This document shows, in pieces, positions 1 through 14,664 of a stretch of 64,000 bases of DNA. Each line of letters opens with the position of its first letter. Positions within the stretch are counted from its first letter, which is position 1. This stretch comes from Eledone cirrhosa (taxonomy: Eukaryota). Location: positions 12,586,001 to 12,650,000 of the forward strand of contig OZ024760.1 in the NCBI GenBank assembly GCA_964016885.1. Direction: 5' to 3'. The notes beneath the pieces are model-generated. The model was not told the DNA's origin and made no database searches. It saw only the letters and a program-made list of their open reading frames with translations. Made by a program: the position numbers and the translations under genes.

Positions 1-480
1 GTGTGGTTAGAGAGCCAGTGGTGTGGTTAGATAACCAGTGGTGTGGTCAGATAACCAGTGGTGTGGTTAGAGAGCCAGTGGTGTGGTTAGATAACCAGTG
101 GTGTGGTTAGAGAGCCAGTGGTGTGGTTAGATAACCAGTGGTGTGGTCAGAGAGCCAGTGGTGTGGTTAGATAACCAGTGGTGTGGTTAGAGAGCCAGTG
201 GTGTGGTCAGATAACCAGTGGTGTGGTTAGAGAGCCAGTGGTGTGGTTAGATAACCAGTGGTGTGGTCAGATAACCAGTGGTGTGGTTAGATAACCAGTG
301 GTGTGGTCAGATAACCAGTGGTGTGGTTAGATAACCAGTGGTGTGGTTAGAGAGCCAGTGGTGTGGTCAGATAACCAGTGGTGTGGTTAGAGAGCCAGTG
401 GTGTGGTTAGATAACCAGTGGTGTGGTTAAATAGCCAGTGGTGTGGTTAGATAGCCAGTGGTGTGGTTAGATAGCTAGTG
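1..480. repeat. 20-bp minisatellite (GTGTGGTTAGATAACCAGTG and variants), about 24 units, runs off window start
   Basis: Exact 20-bp periodicity; variants agag/ataa and tt/tc. Confidence 0.97.
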
Positions 481-770
481 GCGTGGTTATATATATATAT
501 ATATAAATATATATATACACACATATATATATACACTTTCTCAGCTAGACTATACTATACAGTGGTGCAATCTTTACTCAGATGGAAGAAAGCAATTTCA
601 AATACATTTATTCCTGCTCTCTTCTATAGAAACATCTTGAACTGCCTTTTAAGCTATTAATCACTAATACTGGCTGATACATCACATAGCCCCCATCTTA
701 TTCCACCCCCAAACCCCTCAGATATCCCTTTCCCACTCCAGATATCTCCACCCCTACACCACCACCGTCC

Positions 771-808
<38 letters not shown>

Positions 809-968
809 TCTAGTCGATGCTCTCCTCCTCCTTCACCCCCCCCCCCGGATATCGCCCCCCCCCCCCCCACACACATATATATATATATATATACACATAT
901 ACATATATCCTCTACATTTACCACATCTATGCTCTCCTCCTCTTCCTCCTCCTCACCCCACCGCCGCC

Positions 969-1001
<33 letters not shown>

Positions 1002-1014
1002 AAGCTGTGTTTCT

Positions 1015-1340
1015 ACCATCACCCTCACCACACTACCACCACCACCACCACACTACCCCCTCCTTCACCATCACCCCACCACCACCACCACCACCACACT
1101 ACCCCCTCCTTCACCATCACCCCACCACCACCACCACCACCACACTACCCCCTCCTTCACCATCACCCCACCACCATCACCACCACCACACTACCCCCTC
1201 CTTCACCATCACCCCACCACCACCACCACCACCACACTACCCCCTCCTTCACCATCCCACCACCACCATCACCCTCACCACACTACCCCCTCCTTCACCA
1301 TCACCCCACCACCACCACCACCACCACCACACTACCTCTC
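1015..1340. repeat. (CAC)n-based compound repeat with reiterated ACACTACCCCCTCCTTCACCATC unit
   Basis: Direct inspection. Confidence 0.85.
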
Positions 1341-1413
1341 ACCTCTACCTTCTCCTCAAGTACTATCAAACAGCTTTTTATCTTCTAAAGCAATTCAGTT
1401 ACATCCATTGCCC

Positions 1414-1456
<43 letters not shown>

Positions 1457-1632
1457 ATCACAGGTTCAGGTTTTATATATGTTTGTTGTTGCTGTTGTTG
1501 CTGTTGTATATTTATTTCATCCTCATATATTTCTAAACCACTTATTTCCCTGACACAGGGGAGGGGGGGAGGGGAGAGTCTACCCTAAAGGGATAATTCC
1601 TTTATCTACCAGAAAGGGAAGCAGATGTGTCC

Positions 1633-1698
<66 letters not shown>

Positions 1699-1731
1699 CA
1701 TCACCGGTTAATGTCCACTTACCATGGGTTT

Positions 1732-1833
<102 letters not shown>

Positions 1834-2157
1834 AGGCACATGGCTCAGTGGTTAGAGCATTGGCCTTGCAATCGAAAGGTTCAATTCTCAGACCGGGTGA
1901 TGTGTTGTTTCCTTGAGCAAGACACTTTATTTCACATTGCTCCAGTTTACTCAGCTGTAGAAATGAGATGATAGGGACTGGGGTCCCTATCATTCCACTG
2001 CAAAGTGGTCGTGGAGGTGCCACGGCAAAGAAGCACCCAGCACTCACTGTAAATGAGGTTGGTGTTAGGAAGGGCATCCAGCTGTAGAAATCAAGCCAGA
2101 ATCAGTTCCCGTCCCACCCTTGCAAGCAGGGAAAAGTGGAAGTAAAATGATGATGAT
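1834..2157 (+). mobile_element. tRNA-derived SINE: A/B-box head, CORE-like middle, RTE-derived body and tail ending in (ATG)n
   Basis: TGGCTCAGTGG A-box, GGTTCAATTC B-box-like, CCTTGAGCAAGACACTT CORE-like motif, tail CCCTTGCAAGCAGGGAAAAGTGG...ATGATGAT; near-identical inverted copy at 42086-42412. Confidence 0.85.
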
Positions 2158-2373
2158 ATATATGTGTGTGTATATATGTATAAAAATATATATATGTGTG
2201 TATATATACACACACACACACACACGTGTGTGTGTGTGTATATATATAGACTTTGCACATCTATTAATCAAGATATAATCAGTTAAAACTGTAAATTTTC
2301 TTTCCAGAGTTTTTTTGTTGGGAAAAGACAAAAGATTTATAGATTGGTGTGGCTTTGGCTCTAGAACTACCCT

Positions 2374-3432
2374 GGGTAATACCACTGGGGTGGGTAATAC
2401 CACTGGGGTGGCATACTTGGTAGGTGGGTAATACCACTGGGGTGGCATACCTGGTAGGTGGGTAATACCACTGGAGTGGCATACTTGGTAGGTGGGTAAT
2501 ACCACTGGGGTGGCATACCTGGTAGGTGGGTAATACCACTGGGGTGGCATACTTGGTAGGTGGGTAATACCACTGGGGTGGCATACTTGGTAGGTGGGTA
2601 ATACCACTGGAGTGGCATACCTGGTAGTGGGGTAATACGTCTGGGGTGGCATACTTGGTAGGTGGGTAATACCACTGGGGTGGCATACTTGGTAGGTGGG
2701 TAATACCACTGGGGTGGCATACTTGGTAGGTGGGTAATACCACTGGGGTGGCATACTTGGTAGGTGGGTAATACCACTGGGGTGGCATACTTGGTAGGTG
2801 GGTAATACCACTGGGGTGGCATACCTGGTAGGTGGGTAATACCACTGGAGTGGCATACTTGGTAGGTGGGTAATACCACTGGGGTGGCATACCTGGTAGG
2901 TGGGTAATACCACTGGGGTGGCATACTTGGTAGGTGGGTAATACCACTGGGGTGGCATACTTGGTAGGTGGGTAATACCACTGGAGTGGCATACCTGGTA
3001 GTGGGGTAATACGTCTGGGGTGGCATACTTGGTAGGTGGGTAATACCACTGGGGTGGCATACTTGGTAGGTGGGTAATACCACTGGGGTGGCATACTTGG
3101 TAGGTGGGTAATACCACTGGGGTGGCATACTTGGTAGGTGGGTAATACCACTGGGGTGGCATACTTGGTAGGTGGGTAATACCACTGGGGTGGCATACCT
3201 GGTAGGTGGGTAATACCACTGGGGTGGCATACCTGGTAGGTGGGTAATACCACTGGGGTGGCATACCTGGTAGGTGGGTAATACCACTGGAGTGGCATAC
3301 CTGGTAGTGGGGTAATATGTCTGGGGTGGCATACTTGGTAGGTGGGTAATACTACTGGGGTGGCATACTTGGTAGGTGGGTAATACTACTGGGGTGGCAT
3401 ACTTGGTAGGTGGGTAATACCACTGGGGTGGC
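2374..3432. repeat. 34-bp minisatellite (GGTAATACCACTGGGGTGGCATACTTGGTAGGTG), about 31 units
   Basis: Exact periodicity; explains the repetitive 339-399 aa minus-strand ORFs. Confidence 0.97.
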
Positions 3433-3537
3433 ACATACACACACAGATACATACACACAGATACACATACAGATACATACACACACAGATACAGACACAG
3501 ATACACAGACAGACACAGATACACAGACAGACACAGA

Positions 3538-3866
3538 CACCCAGTACACTCTGTAAAGTGGCTGGTGACAAGAGGGAGCAGCCAGCTGTAGGAATCATGC
3601 CAAACTATGGCTGAGAGAATTCTTTAAAGCTGCCAAGGACATGACAATGTCTCTAGTACTGGTATTTTGGTAAAATACACCCAGTACACTCTGTAAAGTA
3701 GTTAATGACAGGAGGTGGGGGTGGGGGGTAGGTAGCCAGATGAAGGAACCTTGCCAAAACTGGAATTTAAGTAAGGCGGATGTCCCAGGTCTGTCTGGGA
3801 AGAAGGTAACACCAATAAAGATCTGGCTGGCTGATGCTAGCATTAAGACATTAAATGATGAGGATG

Positions 3867-3868
<2 letters not shown>
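3538..3868 (+). mobile_element. Two diverged copies of the RTE-tailed SINE/LINE 3'UTR body
   Basis: CACCCAGTACACTCTGTAAAGT twice; degenerate tail ATGCTAGCAT...ACATTAAATGATGAGGATG. Confidence 0.55.
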
Positions 3869-3918
<50 letters not shown>

Positions 3919-4512
3919 CGTATGTGTGTGTATATATATATATATACGTATATATATATCATATGTATGTATATAAATGTATATATATATATATATATAT
4001 ATCAGTATGTGTATGTGTGCCTGTGTGTGTGTGTGTAAGTGTGCATGTATTTGTACAAATGGTGCAAATACAGCAACAATAACACCAACAATACCAACAA
4101 CAATACCAACAACAACGACGACGACAACAACAACAACACCAACACCAACAACAACAACAAGCATGAAATGTTATGAAACTGTCACAAGATATCAATGACT
4201 CAATCAATCTATAACTCGGAGGAGGTGGTGGAGAGGGAGATGGTGAGACATATAAAATGCAAGCAGATAATCAGAGAGACAGCATGACAAACAGACAGAT
4301 TGTCTGTGGGTTGGTTGTTAACATAAAGGAGGAAAGGGAGATTTATCTAACTCAAGAAATCACTGCATTATCACTGTATCTCCCCCCACCACCACCACAT
4401 CTGTGTGTACCACATCTGTGTGTATTTCGTACACACACATATACATATATATATGCATATATATATGTGTATATATATATATATGTGTGTGTGTGTGTAT
4501 GTATAATGTGGC

Positions 4513-4711
4513 CACACTGTAAATGTTGGTGTTAGGAAGGGCACCCAGCTGTAAAAACTCCCTGGTCAAATTTACAGTCTTGTCAGAGCAAGGTACAGCA
4601 TGGTCAGTCCTGGTCAGTCCTGGTCAGACTTGTCTCTCTCAATGTGGAAAACCTGTCTGACCCATGCAAGCATGGAAAAATGGTGATGACGTTAAACGGT
4701 GATGACGATGA
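4513..4711 (+). mobile_element. 5'-truncated RTE-tailed element
   Basis: GGTGTTAGGAAGGGCACCCAGCTGT and tail ACCCATGCAAGCATGGAAAA...GACGTTAAACGGTGATG. Confidence 0.75.
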
Positions 4712-4728
4712 TATATATATATATATAT

Positions 4729-4968
4729 GAGACTTGGACACTGACCAAGAAACTCACCCAGATGGTGGATGGGTGCTACACGAGAATGCTGAGGATGGCT
4801 CTGAACATTAATCAGTATACACTGAGGATGAAGAACTCAGAGCTGTACGGGAGCCTCCCAAAAGTCAGCTCGAGAGTAACACAGAGGAGACTGAGGTTAG
4901 CTGGACATGCTCACCGACATCCAGAGTTGACATTGCACTCAGTGCCCCTGTGGGAGTCCCTACATGGT
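4729..4968 (+). mobile_element. RTE-clade LINE RT C-terminal fragment
   Basis: ETWTLT...YTRMLRMAL...RRLRLAGH motif typical of the post-RT region of RTE-type elements; bounded by TA runs; overlaps in sequence with 35233-35518. Confidence 0.85.
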
Positions 4969-5015
4969 ATATATGTATATACAAATTTTTTATTTTTTTT
5001 ATTTATTATTAATTT

Positions 5016-5080
5016 AATTGTTTCTACTTTTAGGCACAAGGCCAGCAATTACCCAGTGCATTACTGGTACTTTATTTATT
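5016..5080 (-). mobile_element. 3' fragment of abundant tRNA-SINE (SINE-M)
   Basis: Reverse complement of AAAGTACCAGTAAT...GCTGGCCTTGTGCC...GTAGAAACAATT. Confidence 0.75.
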
Positions 5081-5647
5081 ATTAATTTAATGTCTACTTG
5101 TTATAACAGTTACAAAGTAAGGAGTTAGTACTATACGGTAGCAGTAATTATATTGATGGCTTCCCCATAACCCCGGCAGTAGTTAGCTTAAAGTATTTAG
5201 TAATCTGAGAAAGGGGGCCGGTGTACTGGAAACCACTACAACACAGAAGGGGTTGTAAATACTAAAGCAACAAAATATAGGTAGATCGTTAAATTGATAT
5301 TCCACCCATTAGCACCATATTGCATCTTGATGGCTTGCTGTTTATTTTGTTGTTGTTGTTGTTGTTATTATTATTATGATGCTTTGTGTGAGTGAGTGTG
5401 AGCGAGTGGAGTGTGAGTGTGGAGTGTGAGTGAGTGTGAGCGAGTGGAGTGTGAGTGAGTGTGAGTGGAGTGTGAGTGAGTGTGAATGAGTGTGAGTGGA
5501 GTGTGAGTGGAGTGTGGGTGTGTGTGAGTGGAGTGTGAGTGTGTGTGTGTCGAGGTAGGGCCCCAGCATGGCTACAGTCTAATGACTGAATCCAAGATTT
5601 TATGACCAATTTTTCATGGTGGCATGGATATGTGTGTCCAGATATAT

Positions 5648-5709
<62 letters not shown>

Positions 5710-5772
5710 GTATATATATACATATATACATATATATATATGTATATATGTATATATATATATATATATGTA

Positions 5773-6146
5773 TATTGTTATACTTTGGGAGGGTCATGTT
5801 GCCAATAAGAAACACACGCACCAGTTGCTTTCACTTCAATTTATTATAATAAATTTATAAATTTAGGAATTTATAAATTTCCGGCTGGTTGGTTGGTTCC
5901 ACAACCAGATGGTTGTTTATATATTGTCAAAGTTCTTTCGTCGCACATTCTGTGACCTCTTCAGTGACTGGGGATTCTTTTTTTTTTTTTTTTTCTTTGT
6001 TTTTGTGCCTCCCCTTTGTTCTGTCCTACGCCATCTTGTTTTTGTGTGTGTGTTGTGCGCTTAGTTTGCGCATGTGTTACATCCGGGTGTCCGTGTGTGT
6101 TTATATTTGTTTATAAAGAATCTTGCTAAACAAATTCAGAAACGAA
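5773..6146 (-). mobile_element. Hammerhead-bearing Penelope-like repeat, family A, with terminal 33 bp in opposite orientation
   Basis: Reverse complement of 8245-8582, followed by forward ATAAAGAATCTTGCTAAACAAATTCAGAAACG. Confidence 0.75.
5926..5968 (-). ncRNA. Minimal hammerhead ribozyme motif (family A, one stem II mismatch)
   Basis: GTCA-CTGAAGA-g-GTCACA gaatg TGCGAC-GAAA-GAAC-TT-TGAC. Confidence 0.6.
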
Positions 6147-8200
<2,054 letters not shown>

Positions 8201-8244
8201 TAAAAAAAAAAAAAATGAAAAAAAATGAAAAAAAAAAAAAAAAT

Positions 8245-8639
8245 GAACACAAACACACACAGACACCCGGATGTGGCGCATGCGCAAACTGAGCACACAA
8301 CACACACACAGAAACAAAATGGCGTAGGATAGAAGAAAGAAAAGGCACAGAAACGAAGAAAGGAATCCCCAGTTACTGAAGAGGTCACAGAGTGTGTGAC
8401 GAAAGGACTATGACTATATATATAAACAACTATCTGGTTGTGGAACCAACCAACCAACCAGAAATTTATAAGTTTGTAGATTTGTAAATTTATAAATTTA
8501 TAAATATATAATAAATTGAAGTGAAAGCAACTGGTGCGTGTGTTTCTTATTGGCAACATGACCCTCCCAAAGTATAACAATATCGGTTTCAACACACGAT
8601 TTCAGATAAAGAATCTTGCTAAACAAATTCAGAAACGAC
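8245..8639 (+). mobile_element. Hammerhead-bearing Penelope-like repeat, family A
   Basis: Shared with 5773-6146 and 13571-14127; ends CAGAAACGA then (TA)n. Confidence 0.78.
8371..8415 (+). ncRNA. Minimal hammerhead ribozyme motif (family A)
   Basis: AGTTA-CTGAAGA-g-GTCACA gagtg TGTGAC-GAAA-GGAC-TA-TGACT; intact CUGANGA/GAAA/UH core. Confidence 0.72.
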
Positions 8640-8713
8640 ATATATATATACATATATATATACATATATATATATATACATATATATATACATATATATA
8701 TATATATCTATAC

Positions 8714-8744
<31 letters not shown>

Positions 8745-8798
8745 CATATATATATACATATATATATATATACATATATATATACATATATATATATA

Positions 8799-8898
<100 letters not shown>

Positions 8899-9129
8899 CA
8901 CATACATATATATATATTTACACATACACATGTATATGTATATATATACACACACACATATGTATATATATACACACACATGTATATATATACACACACA
9001 CAGTCATTAGAAAGTTTCATAGAATACTTTGCGGTATTCATTCCAGTTTTCTGCTCTCTCAGTTCAAATCCTGCTGAGGTCAACTTTGCCTTTCATCCTT
9101 TCAAGGTAAATCTTTGGGTATGTGTGTGG

Positions 9130-9990
9130 CAAGGTAAATCTTTGGGTATGTGTGTGGTGTAACGTGTGTGTGAGTATGTGTGTGGTATAACGTGAGTGTG
9201 AGTATGTGTGTGGTGTAACGTGTGTGTGAGTATGTGTGTGGTATAACGTGTGTGTGAGTATGTGTGTGGTATAACGAGTGTGTGAGTATGTGTGTGGTAT
9301 AACGTGTGTGTGAGTATGTGTGTGGTATAACGAGTGTGTGAGTATGTGTGTGGTATAACGAGTGTGTGAGTATGTGTGTGGTATAACGTGAGTGTGAGTA
9401 TGTGTGTGGTATAACGAGTGTGTGAGCATGTGTGTGGTATAACGTGTGTGTGAGCATGTGTGTGGTATAACGTGTGTGTGAGTATGTGTGTGGTATAACG
9501 TGTGTGTGAGTATGTGTGTGGTATAACGTGTGTGTGAGTATGTGTGTGGTATAACGTGTGTGAGCATGTGTGTGGTATAAGGTGTGTGTGAGTATGTGTG
9601 TGGTATAATGAGTGTGAGTATGTGTGTGGTATAACGTGTGTGTGAGTATGTGTGTGGTATAACGTGTGTGTGAGTATGTGTGTGGTATAACGTGTGTGGT
9701 ATAACGTGTGTGAGTATGTGTGTGTGAGTATGTGTGTGGTATAACGTGTGTGTGAGTATGTGTGTGGTATAACGTGTGTGTGAGTATGTGTGTGGTATAA
9801 CGAGTGTGTGAGTATGTGTGTGGTATAAGGTGTGTGTGAGTATGTGTGTGGTATAATGTGTGTGTGAGTATGTGTGTGGTATAACGTGTGTGTGAGTATG
9901 TGTGTGGTATAACGAGTGTGTGAGTATGTGTGTGGTATAACGAGTGTGTGAGTATGTGTGTGGTATAACGTGTGTGTGGTATAATGTGTG
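9130..9990. repeat. About 28-bp minisatellite (GTGTGTGGTATAACGTGTGTGTGAGTAT)
   Basis: Periodic GGTATAAC core in a (GT)n background. Confidence 0.93.
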
Positions 9991-10737
9991 TGTGTATGTA
10001 CGTGTGTTATAACCAAGATTGTTTGTGATATATATATATATATATATATAACTGTATGTGCAGTAAGTTCATATTTTCAGTGAAATACTACATGTGGTTC
10101 TTACACGGTAAATTATAGTTAAAAGACTAAAAACAGTCATAAAACATTAAAACTAGTTCCATCACATCACAAAAGTTTCTCAAACTCAGAAAATATCCAA
10201 CACCTGGTTATGGTACCTGCCTCAACCCTTTAGCACTTAAACCGGCCTTAACTGGCCAGAATTCTCTCACCTCTTTCTGTTCAAACCGGCCATAACTGGC
10301 AGCTCATACTTATCTAAAACATTAAAAACCTTTTTCCATTTCTCTTCTACAAAACATCAACACACTCGACTTACTGAGAAGTAATTTTTACCTGACCTGA
10401 CGCCGTCATTAACGGCATTTTGCTGTTTCAACAGCCATTCTTTGCATTGAGTTTCTCTCATAATTTTAAGAATTCTAACAAACAGGCTCCATCTCTGGTC
10501 GGTCTTCGAGACAACTTTGTTTGTTTGTGGTTTCTTTTTAATTGTTTTTTTAAATTTTTTATGTGTTGTTTTAAAGAAAGAGCCCCCCCCCCCCCACCCA
10601 AAAGAAGGTAATAAAAGTAACCTAACTGAACACCGGAGCTTGTAGTCTTTGTTAAAATAAAACTCCACACACCTACTGATACTGCTATTATTCCAGGTAA
10701 CCAACACCAAAACCAGGAAAATAGAGAGAGACTCTTC

Positions 10738-10772
10738 ACTTACCTGCAAAAAAAAGGAAAAAATAATAAAAA
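10738..10772 (-). other. Candidate recursive splice site: polypyrimidine tract + CAG|GTAAGT
   Basis: Minus strand TTATTTTTTCCTTTTTTTTGCAG|GTAAGT, junction 10744/10743. Confidence 0.5.
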
Positions 10773-11340
10773 TAACAACAATAATAACAACAATAATGAT
10801 AATAAAATAATATAAAATGAAATAAAATAAGCAATTTTTAGCAGAGTTAAAATTAAAGCTAAGAACTTGAAAATTAATATGAATGTCAAACAATGTTTAA
10901 TAAAAGATTGGAAATTGAATTATAAAATATTGAAAGACAAAAAAGAAATGGAAAAAAAAAAAATGGAGGTTTTAAATCTAAAAACACACAAACACATGTA
11001 CACACACACAAACACATGTACACACACACACACAAACACATGTACACACACACAAGCACATGTACACGCACACACAAACACATGTACACACACACAAGCA
11101 CATGTACACACACACGCATATAGGCATTCACAAATGCACACATACATACAAACACAGGTACACATACATACACATACATTCACAAACACATACAGACATT
11201 CACAAACACGCAGACACACACGAATGCAGACAAACACACACATGCACACAAAACACACTATATATATCATTGTATATATGTGTAATTATATGTGTGTTTT
11301 TGTGAGTGCTTTTATACTCACACATACATATGTATATATG

Positions 11341-11373
<33 letters not shown>

Positions 11374-12147
11374 ACACATATACTCACACACACACAAAGA
11401 GAAACAAACAAACGAAATAAATTAATTAAGCCCCCCCCCCCCCCCCCCCCAATAAACGTCATTCTAGGAACAAAAGATGTGAAATGACAGGTTTTGTCTG
11501 ACATGTATTTTGTAGAATAAACAGCTATAATTATGATTACTACATTGATGATGGTGGGGGTGGGGGGGTGGGGTGGGGGGGTGGGGGTTGTGATGATGAT
11601 AGTGATGGTGATGATGATGATGAGGATGGTGACAAAAAAATGAGGATGATGGTGATGGTGATATTGATGATGATGGTGATGATGATGGTGATAATGATAA
11701 TGATGATGATATACAGGATGACAATAAAGATGATGATGATGATGATGATGATGATGAAAATAAACATGATAATGATGATGATAATGATGGTGATGACAAT
11801 AATGCTGAGTAAGAGAGCTATAAAACAGCTATAAAACAGCTATAAAACAGTTATAATAAACCTTGAAGCAGTTTTCATAATTTCAATAGACGTAGTTACT
11901 ACATAATAAATTTAACCTGGAACTACCAAAAGACATTTCTAAAATATATCTTGTCATAAAACCTTATATATATACAGATACATACACACACATATATATA
12001 TATATATTCAGATACATACACACACACATATATATATATTCAGATACATACAGACACACACATATATATATTCAGATACACACACACACACACATATATA
12101 TATATTCAGATACACACACACACACATATATATATATATATTCAGAT

Positions 12148-12202
<55 letters not shown>

Positions 12203-12267
12203 TACACACACACACACACACATATATTCAGATACACACACACACACACATATATATATATTCAGAT

Positions 12268-12338
<71 letters not shown>

Positions 12339-13238
12339 TACACACACACACACACATATATATATATTCAGATACATACACACACACATATATATATATA
12401 CAGATACACACACATATATATATATATATACACACATCATTGATATATACTGTCTCTCTCTCTCTCTACTTCACACACACACACTCTCTCTCTCCCTCCC
12501 TAGCTCTCTTTACCTCGCCCACTCTCTCTCCACCTCCTCTCTCTCTCTGTCGCTTTATAAAACCTAACGAGAGAAGAGGTGAGAAAGAGAGAAAAGGAGA
12601 GGGATAAGAGAGGGTGAGAGAGGGAGAGATGGAGAGAGAGAGGGTGAGAGGGAGAGAGAGGAGCTTAGAGGGAGAGAGGGGAAGACGGAGAGGGAGGAAG
12701 GTAGAGAGAAAGAAAGAGAGAGATAGATAGAAATAGTGGTGTATGTTAGAAAATGAAGATTAATTTATTAATAATAACATGCCTTGTTGTTGTTGTAGTA
12801 GAGTTAACCAATTCTTTATTGATCACCATTATTCATGAATCACTATTAGGACTGTCATGTTAATTGAGTATTATTTAACATAATTTACTAGGCTTCCACT
12901 CAATATTTCAACAATTTTTCATAATTTCAAACATTATTTTGCAATACTTTAAAAAAAAACACAGCAAAACTTCCAGAAAATTCTACAAAAACTAGCAACA
13001 AAACATCTCCCCCCAAATAATAATAAAAGAGATTCCTGCAGTTTTATGTCTGTTCTTCTGTCCACAGAAAACACGTTTCCATCAATTTTGGAAATTATTA
13101 TGTATAAAAAACAAAAAAAAAAACAAAAAAAAAACAAGAGAAAACAAGAGAAAACAAAGAAAAACAACAACAGCAACAAAAAGTCTTGTGATAGCAAACA
13201 CAATAACTCAGTGTGTGTGTTTTGTATGTGTATATGTA

Positions 13239-13279
<41 letters not shown>

Positions 13280-13571
13280 GTAGGAGGTGAGTTTTATTGT
13301 AGTACAATAAAGCAATATCGGATAAGAAGCACTCTACAGTTTGTAGGACTGGAGTATACATAATATATAAGATTAAAAGGTGGTTAAAAGAGTTCCATGT
13401 ATTTTATTATGCGCATTTCAAAAACAAATATCATCATGCAATAACATTTGTGTTTTCATCAGATAAAACAGGAAGACATGATATGAAGGTTAAAAACACT
13501 TGTGGACAGTGCAGTTTTAAATCAACATATATGTTAATTTAAAACTGCACTATCCACATGTGTTTTTTAAC
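13280..13571 (-). mobile_element. Hammerhead-bearing Penelope-like repeat, family B, with fold-back end
   Basis: Homologous to 29858-30172 and 62785-63171; hairpin at 13489-13571. Confidence 0.78.
13402..13468 (-). ncRNA. Hammerhead ribozyme motif (family B)
   Basis: TTTTAT-CTGATGA-15-bp stem II-GAAA-TGCGCA-TA-ATAAAA; palindromic stem III ATGCGCAT. Confidence 0.78.
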
Positions 13572-13689
13572 ACCAGTTGCTTTCACTTCAATTTATTATA
13601 TATTTATAAATTTATAAATTTACAAATCTACAAACTTATAAATTTCTGGTTGGTTGGTTGGTTCCACAACCAGATAGTTGTTTATATAT

Positions 13690-13734
13690 AGTCATAGTCC
13701 TTTCGTCACACACTCTGTGACCTCTTCAGTGACT
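13690..13734 (-). ncRNA. Minimal hammerhead ribozyme motif (family A, left arm)
   Basis: Mirror of 13862-13906. Confidence 0.75.
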
Positions 13735-13861
13735 GGGGATTCCTTTCTTTGTTTCTGTGCCTTTCCTTTCTTCTGTCCTACGCCATTTTGTTTCAAAATG
13801 AGAAACAAAATGGCGTAGGACAGAAGAAAGGAAAGGCACAGAAACAAAGAAAGGAATCCCC

Positions 13862-13906
13862 AGTCACTGAAGAGGTCACAGAGTGTGTGACGAAAGGACT
13901 ATGACT
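13862..13906 (+). ncRNA. Minimal hammerhead ribozyme motif (family A, right arm)
   Basis: AGTCA-CTGAAGA-g-GTCACA gagtg TGTGAC-GAAA-GGAC-TA-TGACT; predicted cleavage after 13901. Confidence 0.75.
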
Positions 13907-14127
13907 ATATATAAACAACTATCTGGTTGTGGAACCAACCAACCAACCAGAAATTTATAAGTTTGTAGATTTGTAAATTTATAAATTTATAAATATATAA
14001 TAAATTGAAGTGAAAGCAACTGGTGCGTGTGTTTCTTATTGGCAACATGACCCTCCCAAAGTATAACAATATCGGTTTCAACACACGATTTCAGATAAAG
14101 AATCTTGCTAAACAAATTCAGAAACGA

Positions 14128-14166
<39 letters not shown>

Positions 14167-14323
14167 TAATTGCCAGATAAATTAACTCTGGAGATATAAA
14201 AGATACAGAAGTGAAAACCAGCCCAAACCAGTGAGTGTGTGCTGTTATTATTTCTGGCAATATTATAACAATATAACCCTCCCCAAGAATAACAATATAT
14301 ATATATATATATGTTGTTAATAT

Positions 14324-14376
<53 letters not shown>

Positions 14377-14400
14377 AATATATTATATATATATATATAA

Positions 14401-14650
14401 GCAAAGAGATATTTAATTTGTTGGTAATTCAACAAATTTATTTATAACAGATTCGAAGCACTCAACAGATTACCTGGAGTATAATATCAATGATATTAAT
14501 AAATGGAAACTATATTTATAAAACCATATTTATTCTATTATATATATTTCAAGGGTACCCAAACTTTGGTACGCCCTCATCAGGTAAAATACAAAATTTG
14601 TTTTATAAATATTGACATATCCAGGAAGAAGACCTTATCGGTTGTGGTTC
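14401..14650 (-). mobile_element. Hammerhead-bearing repeat, family C (related to B)
   Basis: Homologous to 25010-25148 and 30528-30787; shares TACTCCAG...GAGTGCTTC with family B. Confidence 0.68.
14531..14591 (-). ncRNA. Hammerhead ribozyme motif (family C)
   Basis: TATTTTAC-CTGATGA-GGGCGTACC...GGTACCCTT-GAAA-TATATA-TA-ATAGAATA. Confidence 0.62.
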
Positions 14651-14664
14651 CGTTTGAATTAACA

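Larger units (their letters stand above)
13571..14127. mobile_element. Family A element as a 224-bp-arm inverted repeat (13571-13794 / 13802-14025) plus 3' extension
   Basis: Arms are reverse complements by eye with a 7-bp spacer AAAATGA. Confidence 0.92.

Noticed and set aside
1834-1900. tRNA gene
   Set aside because: A and B boxes are present but no complete cloverleaf; the sequence continues into a SINE body and is multicopy.
2065-3524. 339-399 aa PPQWYYPP repeat ORFs, and 417-433 aa ORFs at 38713-40024
   Set aside because: They are open in all three minus frames only because the minisatellite units contain no stop; unit lengths or indels do not preserve frame.
10357-10893. 178-aa minus-strand ORF as a host gene exon
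   Set aside because: Mostly low-complexity, spans a splice acceptor tract, and has no recognisable domain.
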